Shown: positions 1-8,802, counted from the stretch's first letter. The stretch: DNA of 46,661 bases from an uncultured Bifidobacterium sp. (GCA_964429665.1 CAYSDO010000002.1:1-46661), one strand, 5' to 3'. The notes: generated by a model from the sequence alone, not told the origin. A program made the numbers and translations.

Positions 1-696
1 GTCGGACCCCGGACCGCCGTGCTGACCTTGCAGAACGGCCTCGGCAACGAGGAGGCGCTCGCAAAACTTTTCCCGCCGGAACAAATCCTCGGCGGCCTGT
101 GCTTTGTCTGTTTGAATCGCATCGCGCCCGGCGTGATTCAGCATCTTGATCACGGCCTGATCATGCTCGGTGAATTCCAACGCTGGCCCGGACCCCGCAC
201 ACACAATATCGCCGGCATGTTCAAACACGCCGGCGTCGTCTGCAAGGTCTCGGACAATCTCGCCCGCGCGCACTGGGAGAAGCTCGTCTGGAACATTCCG
301 TTCAACGGCCTCGGTGTCGCCAGCGCGGCGGGTTACGACGCGTTGCTGGCCGCACCGCCAATTCTCCCAGCAGCGCGCCAGCCCTGCCTCACCACCAACC
401 TGCTCCTCGACAGCGGCCCGTGGGAAACGCTCGTGCGTGAGTTGATGCAGGAAGTCATCGCCGCCGCAAACGCCCTGGGCTGCACGCTCGAACCATCGTT
501 TGCGGGCAAAATGATCGAACGCACCCGTACCATGGGCGCGTATAAAGCCTCGACGATTCTCGATTTCGAGCGCGGTCAACCGCTGGAATTGGAAAGCCTC
601 TTTCTCGAACCGTTGCGCCAGGCGCAGCAAGCCGGTGTCGCCACCCCACGCCTCGCAACGTTGGGTGAGCTTCTACGCCGGCTCAATCCACGCTGA
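1..696 (+). CDS. panE: 2-dehydropantoate 2-reductase (ketopantoate reductase, ApbA/PanE family), 3' part; 5' end upstream of window
   Basis: Frame 1 is open from base 1 (VGPRTAVLTLQNGLGN...) and continues into track ORF 19..696. LQNGLGN, WEKLVWNIPFNGL and KASTILDFERGQPLELESLF resemble ApbA N-/C-domain signatures. Confidence 0.75.
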   Translation, partial: VGPRTAVLTLQNGLGNEEALAKLFPPEQILGGLCFVCLNRIAPGVIQHLDHGLIMLGEFQRWPGPRTHNIAGMFKHAGVVCKVSDNLARAHWEKLVWNIPFNGLGVASAAGYDALLAAPPILPAARQPCLTTNLLLDSGPWETLVRELMQEVIAAANALGCTLEPSFAGKMIERTRTMGAYKASTILDFERGQPLELESLFLEPLRQAQQAGVATPRLATLGELLRRLNPR

Positions 697-699
697 CCA

Positions 700-1737
700 T
701 CAGGGCCCAGGTGATGGCTTGGGAATCAGGGCATTCAGGATCGGCTCCACCCACGCCTCCCTCTTCACGTCATACAGGATGAAATCGCTGTCGAACTGCC
801 AGTAAGCCCAACTCCATTTGCGCGCTTCAGCGGCACGGGCCACGGCCGCAGTCCAGCGCGCTCGCGAAACCATCGGCCCACGATCGTAGGCGCCGAACTC
901 ACCAAGAAATATTGGACGCTTGTTTGCCTTGCTCCATGCGTTCGCTGTGTCGAAGGCGTGATTGAGCGCGGCTACTTCCTCGGGTGACCCCGTCCAATCG
1001 AAACCCAGTTTGTCCTTGCGATCCGTCCAACCTGCGCCTTGATGCGTAAACGCAAATGGCTCGTAGAAATGCACCGTCACGATCAGATTGCGGTCGCTCT
1101 CGGGCAGTTTCAATTCCTCCAGGCGGCTGATCGCATTCCAGTGGCCCGGCCCCACAATCACCGTGCGGGTCGGATTGGTTTTGCGGATGATGCCCAGCGC
1201 TTCGGCGAAATATTCGTTCCACAATTCCGACGTGAGCTTGTCGAACGGTTCGTTCAGCACCTCGAAGTAAACACTGGCCGGCGACTTCTCGTAATGCGTG
1301 GCCATCTGCCGCCAGAACGCCAGAAACTTCTCCCTGTTGCCCTCCGGGTCTTTGCCCAGTGGTTGAAACTCGTGCAGATCGAGAATCAACGCCAACCCCT
1401 GTCTCTGCGCCTCTTTCACCGCCCAGTCCAGCACTTCAAACCAGGCCGGCTTGATCGCCCAGTCATTCGTTGTGTCCATGAATCGGAACGGGTGCAGGTT
1501 GATGCGGACGGAATTAAACCCCGCCTCCTTGAGCTTGCGAAAATGTTCCGCCTGAAAATGGCCCTGCTCCCGATCCCACCAGATGGGATCGTAGCCGAGA
1601 ACGTTGACGCTGCGCCCGAGCATCTGGTTTTGTGCGAACGCATCCGGCACTGGCTCCACTTGCGCGATTGCGCAACTTGAACACCACAGCAGGATGGAAA
1701 CAAGTCCGGCGGCGGGATGGAATTTTGATGCCCTCAT
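700..1737 (-). CDS. secreted glycoside hydrolase family 5 (cellulase/endoglucanase-like)
   Basis: 345-aa ORF with a signal-like N-terminus (AAGLVSILLWCSSCAIAQ). FEVLNEP (acid/base Glu) and IFLGEFGAY (nucleophile Glu) are spaced as in GH5. Confidence 0.85.
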   Translation of the reverse strand: MRASKFHPAAGLVSILLWCSSCAIAQVEPVPDAFAQNQMLGRSVNVLGYDPIWWDREQGHFQAEHFRKLKEAGFNSVRINLHPFRFMDTTNDWAIKPAWFEVLDWAVKEAQRQGLALILDLHEFQPLGKDPEGNREKFLAFWRQMATHYEKSPASVYFEVLNEPFDKLTSELWNEYFAEALGIIRKTNPTRTVIVGPGHWNAISRLEELKLPESDRNLIVTVHFYEPFAFTHQGAGWTDRKDKLGFDWTGSPEEVAALNHAFDTANAWSKANKRPIFLGEFGAYDRGPMVSRARWTAAVARAAEARKWSWAYWQFDSDFILYDVKREAWVEPILNALIPKPSPGP

Positions 1738-1778
1738 GGCCCGGATAAGATGTTCAGCATCTGACCCACCGGATGCTT

Positions 1779-2127
1779 GGTAGTCCCGTCGTTCGTAGTC
1801 AGTAGTCCCAATTTCTGCTTTCTGTTTTTTATATTTCTGCTTTGTAATGCGCGCATGTCAGCATTTCAGTTTGTCAGCCTGTCAGCTTTTGTGGTCCGTG
1901 TGTCAGTCGTCCCGTGGTCTTGTCCTCCGATTTCTACTTTCTGTTTTCACACTTTCAGTCTTTCAGTATGTCAGCTTTTTGCTTTGTAGTCTGTGGTCAT
2001 TTCACATTTCTGCTTTCCTTGGCCCGTGAAGTGTGCCGTTTACTGCTTCACAGGGCTGTTCTCCCAATTTCAGCGTTTCAGCGTTTCAGCGTTTCAGCGT
2101 TTCAGCGTTTCAGCGTTTCAGCTTTTG
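1779..2127 (+). repeat. mosaic repeat block A (GTAGTCC, TTTCTGY, GTCAGC/TTTCAGC modules and one hairpin module)
   Basis: Direct reading: gtagtcccgtcgttcgtagtcagtagtccc / aatttctgctttctgtttttt / catgtcagcatttcagtttgtcagcctgtcagc / hairpin 2021-2056 / octamer run. Lies between the divergent GH5 and AraC genes. Confidence 0.9.
2071..2126 (+). repeat. perfect tandem octamer (CAGCGTTT)x6 plus one variant copy
   Basis: Counted base by base: CAGCGTTT at 2071, 2079, 2087, 2095, 2103 and 2111; variant CAGCTTTT at 2119. Confidence 0.95.
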
Positions 2128-2456
2128 CCCGTGCGTCCCTTTTATGCATGTTGGCCGTACCGCTCACACCGCTCCCAAGGTAAATACCCTCAGTAAATAT
2201 ACTGATCCTGATCCGTTAAAGCCGCTGATTGATGGCACACGAAGTCCGGCGTATGATCTGCAATGCCTTTGACATCAGTGCATAATATAACAATGTGAAC
2301 CGTTTGTCCTGTTCGACTTTCCCGTCCGCTTTTTCTTTTACTGGGTAATGAAAGAAACGTTCTTCAATCCTCAAGGCCCAAATATGTATGGACACTTGGG
2401 ACTTGCTGGACTTAAATCAAGCCAAGTTCAAAACCAATCTCATTCTCTCGAAGTAA

Positions 2457-3647
2457 TTGTCATTCGTGACGCTTCGAGAGGGGGGCACGTCCGCCAGCAG
2501 AGTTCTTGAGCTTTGTAGAACAAGCGATTTGGAAATGGTTGGCAGCAACGTCATTCTAAATTCAGAAGGGTACCAGGTGCTCGGCCAGGAATTTTTAACT
2601 CTCAGGTTGGTGCGGCTCAAGTCCAACGAGGAATGGATCTCCAAGCGCGACGGCCTTTCTCTTTTGTTTCCAAAGACCGGGAACGGAAAATATGTCGCCG
2701 GATCCAGAACACATCGGCTTTCGCCGGGAGATGTGTTTGTTTTTAGCGAAGGAGACGGTCGCGAGAAATTGAGCGTTGCCAGTGGAACAGAAATCGTCTT
2801 TTGGTGCTTCTCATTGCGTCTCGAACATCTCTATCCCCTGTTCGCAGGCAATGAGATCTCACTGCTGGATGCGGTGGTTGAGGAGTTGAAGTCGCCAAAG
2901 CTTTTTCCGGCGCCCACCCCGCTGGCAAAACAGTGTCATCGGTTGATTGAAGACATTCCGTCCCAGCTCAACCTGGATCATCGCAGCCAGTTGCTCCGGA
3001 TCGCTGCCGCAATTTTATCGGAGGAATTCAGGATGGCACAGCACCGCCGGATCGGTGTTCAGGGAATCGAGGAACATACCATCAAGGTGTTCGAGAGCCT
3101 CTCCGGTGACGAACTCGTCGGGCTTTCAGTCGGGGATCTGGCCGCCAGGTTCGGCTGCAGCCGCCGGCATCTGAACCGTCTGTTTCACCAGTACTTCGGT
3201 TACTCGGTCGCGGCGCTGAAAATGGAGATGCGGTTGCTCAAGGCGGTCTCGTTGTTGCGCGACCGCAACATGAAGGTGATCCATGTGGCGGAACGTTGCG
3301 GTTTCAATCATCTCGGCCTGTTCAACACCTGCTTCAGGCGGCGCTTCAGCGTAAGCCCCGGTCAATGGCGAAAGCAGGTTGCTGCTGACGAAAACCCGCC
3401 CGTCCCTCTGGCGTCAAACCACACGGAATGTCCTCTCCATCCCAAGGGATTATGTCCATGGACTGGCCGCGCGGATTATTTTATTTCTGCGGCGGCAAAA
3501 GCTGCTTCGGCCCTAGGATCCGAAAAAAAGGGCTTCGCAAAGGCGTTGCCCCTGCCCAATCCGCAGTTGGAACAGCGGGTGATCCCTCTGCCTCACAAAA
3601 AACCAGCAGAACTCCAAACACCCGGCAGATCGCAGGCCCAGGGTTGA
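2457..3647 (+). CDS. AraC/XylS-family transcriptional regulator
   Basis: C-terminal double HTH: LSVGDLAARFGCSRRHLNRLFHQYFGYS ... VIHVAERCGFNHLGLFNTCFRRRFSVSPGQWR. Start uncertain (alternative ATG at 2535). Sits directly upstream of the export genes. Confidence 0.85.
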   Translation: MSFVTLREGGTSASRVLELCRTSDLEMVGSNVILNSEGYQVLGQEFLTLRLVRLKSNEEWISKRDGLSLLFPKTGNGKYVAGSRTHRLSPGDVFVFSEGDGREKLSVASGTEIVFWCFSLRLEHLYPLFAGNEISLLDAVVEELKSPKLFPAPTPLAKQCHRLIEDIPSQLNLDHRSQLLRIAAAILSEEFRMAQHRRIGVQGIEEHTIKVFESLSGDELVGLSVGDLAARFGCSRRHLNRLFHQYFGYSVAALKMEMRLLKAVSLLRDRNMKVIHVAERCGFNHLGLFNTCFRRRFSVSPGQWRKQVAADENPPVPLASNHTECPLHPKGLCPWTGRADYFISAAAKAASALGSEKKGFAKALPLPNPQLEQRVIPLPHKKPAELQTPGRSQAQG

Positions 3648-3662
3648 GTTCCCTCCAATTTT

Positions 3663-4991
3663 ATGATCCAATCTTCTCAATTGCTCATGTCTTCCCCGCC
3701 CGGGAGGTTGTTCGCTCGCACGGACTGTCACCATCATGCACCCGCTTTCAATGTCTCTGGCCTCTTGTGCCTGTCAGTTGTGTTCACCCTCCTCTCCGTT
3801 GACTGCCCGGCCGTGGAGGCCTTGAAAAACTCACTCGCCAACCAGCCGCAGAACCAGATCCAGTCCCCTTCACAGGCCGCTCTCCCCTACACTTTCAAAA
3901 GCGGTGATTTTCGTTTGCTGGCTACCCCTTCACTTGGCCTCGATTACAACGACAACGTCAGGAATTCAAAGTCGGACAAAGAGGATGATTTCATTCTCCG
4001 CCCCCTGCTCCAGCTCAACGCCACCCAGCCTCTGTCCCACCAGAATGTGATCAGTCTCAACCTCGGTATCGGCTACGACCAGTATTTCGACCACAACGAA
4101 CTGTGCGCCTTGCGGCTTCAGTCCGGCTCGGTCGTCTCGTTTGACCTGGTCGTGAAGGACGTCGCCTTCAACTTCCATGATCGAATGAGTTACACCCGGG
4201 ATTCATCACAGGAGGCCGCGGTTGCCAATACCTCTGACTTCGGCAATTTCGTGAACACCGCCGGCTTCTCCGTCTCCTGCTCTCTTCGCAAGGCAACCGT
4301 GTCCGCAGGTTACGACCACCAGAACGTCGTCTCCGGCAAATCCGCCTTCAACTCCCAGGACCACTCGTCTGAGATGTTTTTCGGCAGGATCGGGTTCGAG
4401 GTGAATCCTGAATTGCAGGCGGGCTTCGAGGCCACAACCGCCTTCACCACCTACGACCAGCCCACGCTCAATGACAATAATGTCAGTTCGGTCGGTCTCT
4501 TCGCCACATGGCAGCCGGGCAAGGCGTTCCGCATCTCCCCTCGGGGCGGCTGTTCCTTCACTCATTTCAAGAACACCAGCACAACATTGCAAACGGATGA
4601 TCTTGGCTCGTATTATCTGGACCTGACAATGACCCATGACATCACCGCTGCCTTCAGCTACGGACTCAGCGCCGGTCACGATGTCAGGCTGGGCATCCAG
4701 TCGGACGCCATCGAGGAGACCTATGTCCGTCCCAACGTCACATGGAGGGCGTTCAAGCACGCTTCCATCCAGTTCGGTTTCTCCTACGAGCACGGCAAAC
4801 AGGGCGCGGGAAGCGTGGGCGGCTTGACGGAGAATTATGACTGGTTTGGCGGCACCATCGGTACCAGTTGGTACATTCTCGACAAGCTCACCCTGGGACT
4901 CAATTACAGGCTCACCATTCGCTCCTCCGATGTTGCTGACCGCGGCTACACGCAGAACATGATCGGACTCCTCTTGACCTATCACATGTGA
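3663..4991 (+). CDS. predicted outer-membrane beta-barrel protein associated with polysaccharide export
   Basis: Signal-like N-terminus (LLCLSVVFTLLSVDCPAVEA). Alternating hydrophobic/polar strands rich in G/Y/S/T/N/D throughout. Terminal strand LNYRLTIRSS...GLLLTYHM. Stop overlaps the start of the OPX gene. Confidence 0.5.
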   Translation: MIQSSQLLMSSPPGRLFARTDCHHHAPAFNVSGLLCLSVVFTLLSVDCPAVEALKNSLANQPQNQIQSPSQAALPYTFKSGDFRLLATPSLGLDYNDNVRNSKSDKEDDFILRPLLQLNATQPLSHQNVISLNLGIGYDQYFDHNELCALRLQSGSVVSFDLVVKDVAFNFHDRMSYTRDSSQEAAVANTSDFGNFVNTAGFSVSCSLRKATVSAGYDHQNVVSGKSAFNSQDHSSEMFFGRIGFEVNPELQAGFEATTAFTTYDQPTLNDNNVSSVGLFATWQPGKAFRISPRGGCSFTHFKNTSTTLQTDDLGSYYLDLTMTHDITAAFSYGLSAGHDVRLGIQSDAIEETYVRPNVTWRAFKHASIQFGFSYEHGKQGAGSVGGLTENYDWFGGTIGTSWYILDKLTLGLNYRLTIRSSDVADRGYTQNMIGLLLTYHM

Positions 4992-6013
4992 TGACATCTG
5001 TTTTTCAGAAAAGGGTTCCGGGTTTTCGCAGATCCGCCGCTGGCGTTGCGGCCGCAATTGTGTTCTTGCTGGCCATTGCGCAGACACAGGGCCAGTCACA
5101 ACTGACCTATGAGGAATTGATGCGCCGCGCCCGCGGCCTTCCCGCCACCAACTCCACAATCAAGACCGCCACCAACTCTCCCGCCGTTTCGAGCACGCCA
5201 CCCAAGGTTGCTGTAGCTCCACCCGCAAAAATCACTCAACCCTCAACCCTCAACCCTCAGCCAAAATCAATCAACCCTCAACCCTCAACCCTCAACCAAA
5301 AACAATCAACCAACCCGCAACGCACCAGCACCAAAAAAACAAAAGGCCCGGTCTACTCCAATCCACCTCCCACCAACTCTGTCTCTTCAGCCCCGCTCCC
5401 GTCTCCTCCGGCTCAGACCCAGGACGCGCCGGTTGCGCAGCCGCTTGCCGGTGACTCAATCTCGACTAACGCCATGGAGTCCTTGGATGAAAAATATCGC
5501 CTCGCCATCGGCGACCGACTCAGCTTCCGCATCATCGAGGACGAGGAGGATCCAAAACCCCTGTTCGTCACGGACTCGGGAGAATTGGAGGTCCCATACG
5601 TCGGACGTTTCCGCGGGGTCGGCAAGACCTGCCGCGAACTCGCAAGGGCGCTGAAGGCGGAACTGGAAAAGGAGTATTACCACCGGGCCACGGTGATCAT
5701 TGCCGTGGATTTGATGGCCCGCAGTCGTGGCAAGATCTACTTCGCAGGGGCCGTCCGCATACCCAACCCCATTGACATGCCGGCCGATGAAACCCTCACC
5801 GTGAGCAAGGCGATCCTCCGCGCCGGCGGCTTTTCAGATTTTGCTGACAAGCGCAACGTCAAGGTCAACCGCAAGGCGGCCACTCCGGACGGGCAGGACA
5901 AGATCTTCAAAGTTAATGTCGAGGAGATCTTGGAAAAGGGAAAAACAGATTCGGATATGCCTCTGGAACCAGACGATTTGATCTACGTCCCTGAAAAACT
6001 GATCCGGTTTTAG
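4988..6013 (+). CDS. polysaccharide export protein, short OPX/Wza family (Poly_export + SLBB) with low-complexity N-terminal region
   Basis: YRLAIGDRLSFRI...LEVPYVGRFRGVGKTCRELARAL (Poly_export-like) then KIYFAGAVRIPN...ILRAGGFSDFADKRNVKV...PDDLIYVPE (SLBB-like). GTG 4988 or ATG 4991. Residues ~40-150 are P/T/S/N/Q-rich. Confidence 0.85.
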   Translation: MMTSVFQKRVPGFRRSAAGVAAAIVFLLAIAQTQGQSQLTYEELMRRARGLPATNSTIKTATNSPAVSSTPPKVAVAPPAKITQPSTLNPQPKSINPQPSTLNQKQSTNPQRTSTKKTKGPVYSNPPPTNSVSSAPLPSPPAQTQDAPVAQPLAGDSISTNAMESLDEKYRLAIGDRLSFRIIEDEEDPKPLFVTDSGELEVPYVGRFRGVGKTCRELARALKAELEKEYYHRATVIIAVDLMARSRGKIYFAGAVRIPNPIDMPADETLTVSKAILRAGGFSDFADKRNVKVNRKAATPDGQDKIFKVNVEEILEKGKTDSDMPLEPDDLIYVPEKLIRF

Positions 6014-6066
6014 GATGGAAACCCTGAGCCCATGATACGATCAACCCAGGTAAAAATAAAGAACCC

Positions 6067-8205
6067 GTGAGCGGACACTTGATTCCATCGCCAGACAACG
6101 AGTATCTGCCTCCACAGGAGGAGCAGCCCGCGGCGGCTTCGTTGTTCCAGTTGCAGCGCTACCTCGTCTTCCTGCGCAGGTGGTGGTGGATTCCGCTGGT
6201 GACTTTGCTCGTCGGTTCCGCTGTGGGCGTCGCGTTCGTTCTTTTGAAGGAACCAACCTTCGTTTCCAAGGGGCGGATGTGGGAGACCATGAAGCTCCGC
6301 CTTCCGGACAAAGAGATTTTTTCTGATGATAGCCAGAATTCCATCGGCACTCAAAGCGATGTATTTCAAAGCTCCGCGCTTCGCGAGCAGGCCTTGGCCC
6401 GCATGAAGGCTTCTACAAATTCTGCCCCCTTGATCGCATTGGACAAGGATCGCCAGCCGCTGCCCGTCCGTATCCGTGTCACCGGCTCCGCCAAAAGCTC
6501 GGTCTTCCTCATCGAAGCCAGCAGCGCCAACCCGCGTTACACCCAGGCCTACCTGGACGCCCTCATGGAGGCTTTTCTCGAAAACAGAAAAAACAATCGC
6601 AAGGAGATTTCCGGAGTCACCTTGGCTTCCATCTCCGAGCAGGTCCAGCGTTGGGAGAGGGACCTCAAGGCCGCCCAGGACGCCCTCAATGTGTTCCAAC
6701 AGACAAACAATCTGGCCATCCTCCAGGAGGAGGGCACCATCGCGGGCAGTTACCTGGTCAAACTCAAGATTCAGCTTTCGGATCTGCAATTGGAAATGCG
6801 CCTGCTCAACGCCAGCGTTCCCGCAACCAATCCTCCACCCATAATCGCAACGAATCCGGATGCCATTGCCCGGGATTCCTCGTCACCACCCAATCCAGCG
6901 CCCGCCTCCGCAGCTTCGGCGGAAACGCAGTCCAGTTTCAAGGAGGTCGAACTGCTCAAGATGCAACGCGCAAAGTTGAGCCAGTTCCTGCGTCCCAAAC
7001 ATCCCAAAATCGTCAAGCTGGACGCCGACATCGAGCGCGGACAAAAACTTCAGGAGATCTTCGGGCAGCAATCCCGGGATCAACTCGCCGCCGCGCGGAG
7101 AGACAACCAGTTGCGGATACAAAACGTGCTCGAAACCATAAGGGATTGGGAAACCAGGGTCATCGCCGCAAATGGCCGTATCGCAGAGGCCGAACGCCTC
7201 AAACTCAATATTCAACGTCTCCAGAGCGTTTATGACCGCTTGGAGCTTCTGGTCCAGAACGTCGGCTTCAGCCGGAATATTGATCAGGAATCCCTTTCCA
7301 TCCTCGAACCCGCCTCTCCGGTCGAACGCTCCTATACCAGGGAAATCAGCGGGCTCGCTCTCTCGGTGGTCTCAGGATTCGGTTTGGGCCTGGCTATCAT
7401 CGGCCTCATCTCATTCCGCGACGACCGTTTGCTCTCCGTCACCGAGGCAAACTCCAAACTCGGCGATTCCATCGTGGCCATGTTGCCGCAGATTGATTCT
7501 GCCAACGGAAAGGGCGACCTCACATTGCTCACCAATGATGATCCACGTCACATCTATGCCGAGGCCTATCGCAGCCTCCGTTCCGCCCTTCTCTTCCTGA
7601 CCCCGGAGAACGAACGGCCCAAGGTCATACTCATCACCAGCGCCACCCCCAACGAAGGCAAGTCCACCATCGCCGCAAATCTCGCGCGCATGCTGGCCCT
7701 CGGCGGCTCCCGGGTGCTCCTCGTGGACGCGGACCTTCGGAAAGGTCACCTCCACAAATTGCTCGAACTTGAAAGCGAACCCGGCCTCATCGAACTGCTC
7801 CACAAACAGAGTGAGCCCCAGGCGGTCATCCAGACCAATTCCCTCCACAATTTTTACTTTGTCGCACGCGGAAAATTTTCAGGCAACCCGGGCGATCTGT
7901 TTCTCGACTCGGCCCTCGAGCACATCCTCGCCCGCTGGCGGCAGGAATACGATTACGTCGTCATAGACAGCAGTCCCTTGTTCGCGGCGGATGACGCGAG
8001 CTGTCTGGCGGCCAAGGTGGACGGAACGCTTTTCGTCGTCCGGAATTATCACTCAAGCGCCCGCGCCGTGCGCGAAGCGCTGGACATCCTGGCCCGACGC
8101 CAGGCCCGCGTGCTTGGACTCGTTTACAACGGAGCCGACGCCTCGGCGCGCTCCTATAACTATTACAAATACCCGGACTATTACGCCACCAGCAAGGCAG
8201 TCTGA
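6067..8205 (+). CDS. polysaccharide co-polymerase (Wzz domain) fused to BY-type tyrosine autokinase (Wzc/EpsG/GumC-like)
   Basis: N-terminal TM plus a long coiled-coil periplasmic region, then a second TM. Walker A ATPNEGKSTIAANLA, A' VLLVDADLRKG, B YVVIDSSPL. C-terminal Tyr cluster SYNYYKYPDYY. GTG start. Confidence 0.9.
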   Translation: MSGHLIPSPDNEYLPPQEEQPAAASLFQLQRYLVFLRRWWWIPLVTLLVGSAVGVAFVLLKEPTFVSKGRMWETMKLRLPDKEIFSDDSQNSIGTQSDVFQSSALREQALARMKASTNSAPLIALDKDRQPLPVRIRVTGSAKSSVFLIEASSANPRYTQAYLDALMEAFLENRKNNRKEISGVTLASISEQVQRWERDLKAAQDALNVFQQTNNLAILQEEGTIAGSYLVKLKIQLSDLQLEMRLLNASVPATNPPPIIATNPDAIARDSSSPPNPAPASAASAETQSSFKEVELLKMQRAKLSQFLRPKHPKIVKLDADIERGQKLQEIFGQQSRDQLAAARRDNQLRIQNVLETIRDWETRVIAANGRIAEAERLKLNIQRLQSVYDRLELLVQNVGFSRNIDQESLSILEPASPVERSYTREISGLALSVVSGFGLGLAIIGLISFRDDRLLSVTEANSKLGDSIVAMLPQIDSANGKGDLTLLTNDDPRHIYAEAYRSLRSALLFLTPENERPKVILITSATPNEGKSTIAANLARMLALGGSRVLLVDADLRKGHLHKLLELESEPGLIELLHKQSEPQAVIQTNSLHNFYFVARGKFSGNPGDLFLDSALEHILARWRQEYDYVVIDSSPLFAADDASCLAAKVDGTLFVVRNYHSSARAVREALDILARRQARVLGLVYNGADASARSYNYYKYPDYYATSKAV

Positions 8206-8218
8206 ACAATGTAGCCAC

Positions 8219-8412
8219 CGTGGAGCGCCGGCCTCCGGCCCGGCCTGTTCCTGGTTCGGTGGAGCGCTGGCCTCCGGGCCGGCTGTTCCTGGTTTGGTAG
8301 TTTGGCGGTTTGACGGACTCGGTCGTCCTCTGGTGTTTGCTTGGTGTCGTTCGTGTGTTTTGTGGTCCAAAGCGCACAGTGGAGCGCCAGCCTCCGGGCC
8401 GGCCTGTAGTTG
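8219..8412 (+). repeat. three copies of a GC-rich palindromic unit GTGGAGCGCYGGCCTCCGGGCCGGC(C)TGT
   Basis: Copies at about 8219-8258, 8259-8297 and 8379-8412, starting 14 nt after the kinase stop. Each has an internal CCGGCC..GGCCGG stem. A related copy lies at 34673-34695. Confidence 0.8.
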
Positions 8413-8597
8413 GGTCGGCGAAGTTTGAATTTTTGAATTGGTGATCGTTGGAATGAGTGGATGGACAATCAGAACGGAGGCCCCGTTTGAGTCTCGATTC
8501 CGCACAACCATGACCAGACATATCCGTGTACGGTTCGCAGTAGATCGCAGGCCCGACACAAGACCGCCTGCGAATTGACCGGGACGAAGTCTGCCTA

Positions 8598-8655
8598 GGG
8601 AAAAACAGAAAGTAGAAATTGGAAAAGCTGAAACTCTGAAAGCTGAAATCTACTC
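8598..8655 (-). repeat. mosaic repeat module in inverted orientation (GCTGAAA / AGAAAG)
   Basis: gggaaaaacagaaagtagaaattggaaaagctgaaactctgaaagctgaaatc is the reverse complement of the TTTCAGC + TTTCTAC modules. It is the only inverted copy seen in the window. Confidence 0.85.
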
Positions 8656-8690
8656 CATCACCCGGTTTTTCTGTATAAACGCGTAGTTTG

Positions 8691-8789
8691 ACAGCCTTTC
8701 AGCCTTTCAGCCTTTCAGTTTGTCAGCCTTTCAGTATTTCAGTTTGTCAGCATTTCAGCGTGTCAGCATTTCAGTTTGTCAGCCTTTCA
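8691..8789 (+). repeat. mosaic repeat block B (TTTCAGC/GTCAGC modules incl. (CAGCCTTT)x3 at 8692-8715)
   Basis: cagcctttcagcctttcagcctttcagtttgtcagcctttcagtatttcagtttgtcagcatttcagcgtgtcagcatttcagtttgtcagcctttcac. Confidence 0.9.
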
Positions 8790-8802
8790 CAATCTAATAA
8801 AA

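Noticed and set aside
1777-2272. Stacks of overlapping + strand ORFs inside repeat blocks (e.g. 1777..1989, 1914..2183, 30776..30958, 32108..32428, 32847..33467, 33892..34322, 36045..36336, 36843..37194), translating to SAFQRFSVSAFQ/FCFLLS-type peptides
   Set aside because: All three forward frames are open simultaneously because the repeats are A-poor. The peptides simply mirror the 7-8 nt periodicity. There is no RBS and the starts are the repeat-borne ATG. They are treated as non-coding repeats, except where embedded in the exosortase.
2269-2295. TTGACA followed by cataatataac upstream of the AraC gene as a sigma70-type promoter
   Set aside because: The spacing between TTGACA and any TATAAT-like hexamer is only 6-11 nt by my count, not about 17. 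Promoter consensus for this lineage is also unknown to me.
4206-6789. Long minus-strand ORFs 4206..5159 (317 aa) and 6010..6789 (259 aa)
   Set aside because: They lie antisense to the well-supported beta-barrel/OPX and Wzc-like genes. Their G/R/A-rich composition is typical of GC-rich antisense frames. The same reasoning applies to 1039..1680(+), 15500..16228(-), 17544..18053(-), 41162..41794(-) and 41553..42143(-).
7961-8559. Minus-strand ORFs 7961..8521, 8053..8559 and 8181..8468 downstream of the kinase
   Set aside because: They run through the three GC-rich palindromic repeats and give repetitive AGPEAGAP / GRRPALH-type peptides. They are artefacts of the repeat.
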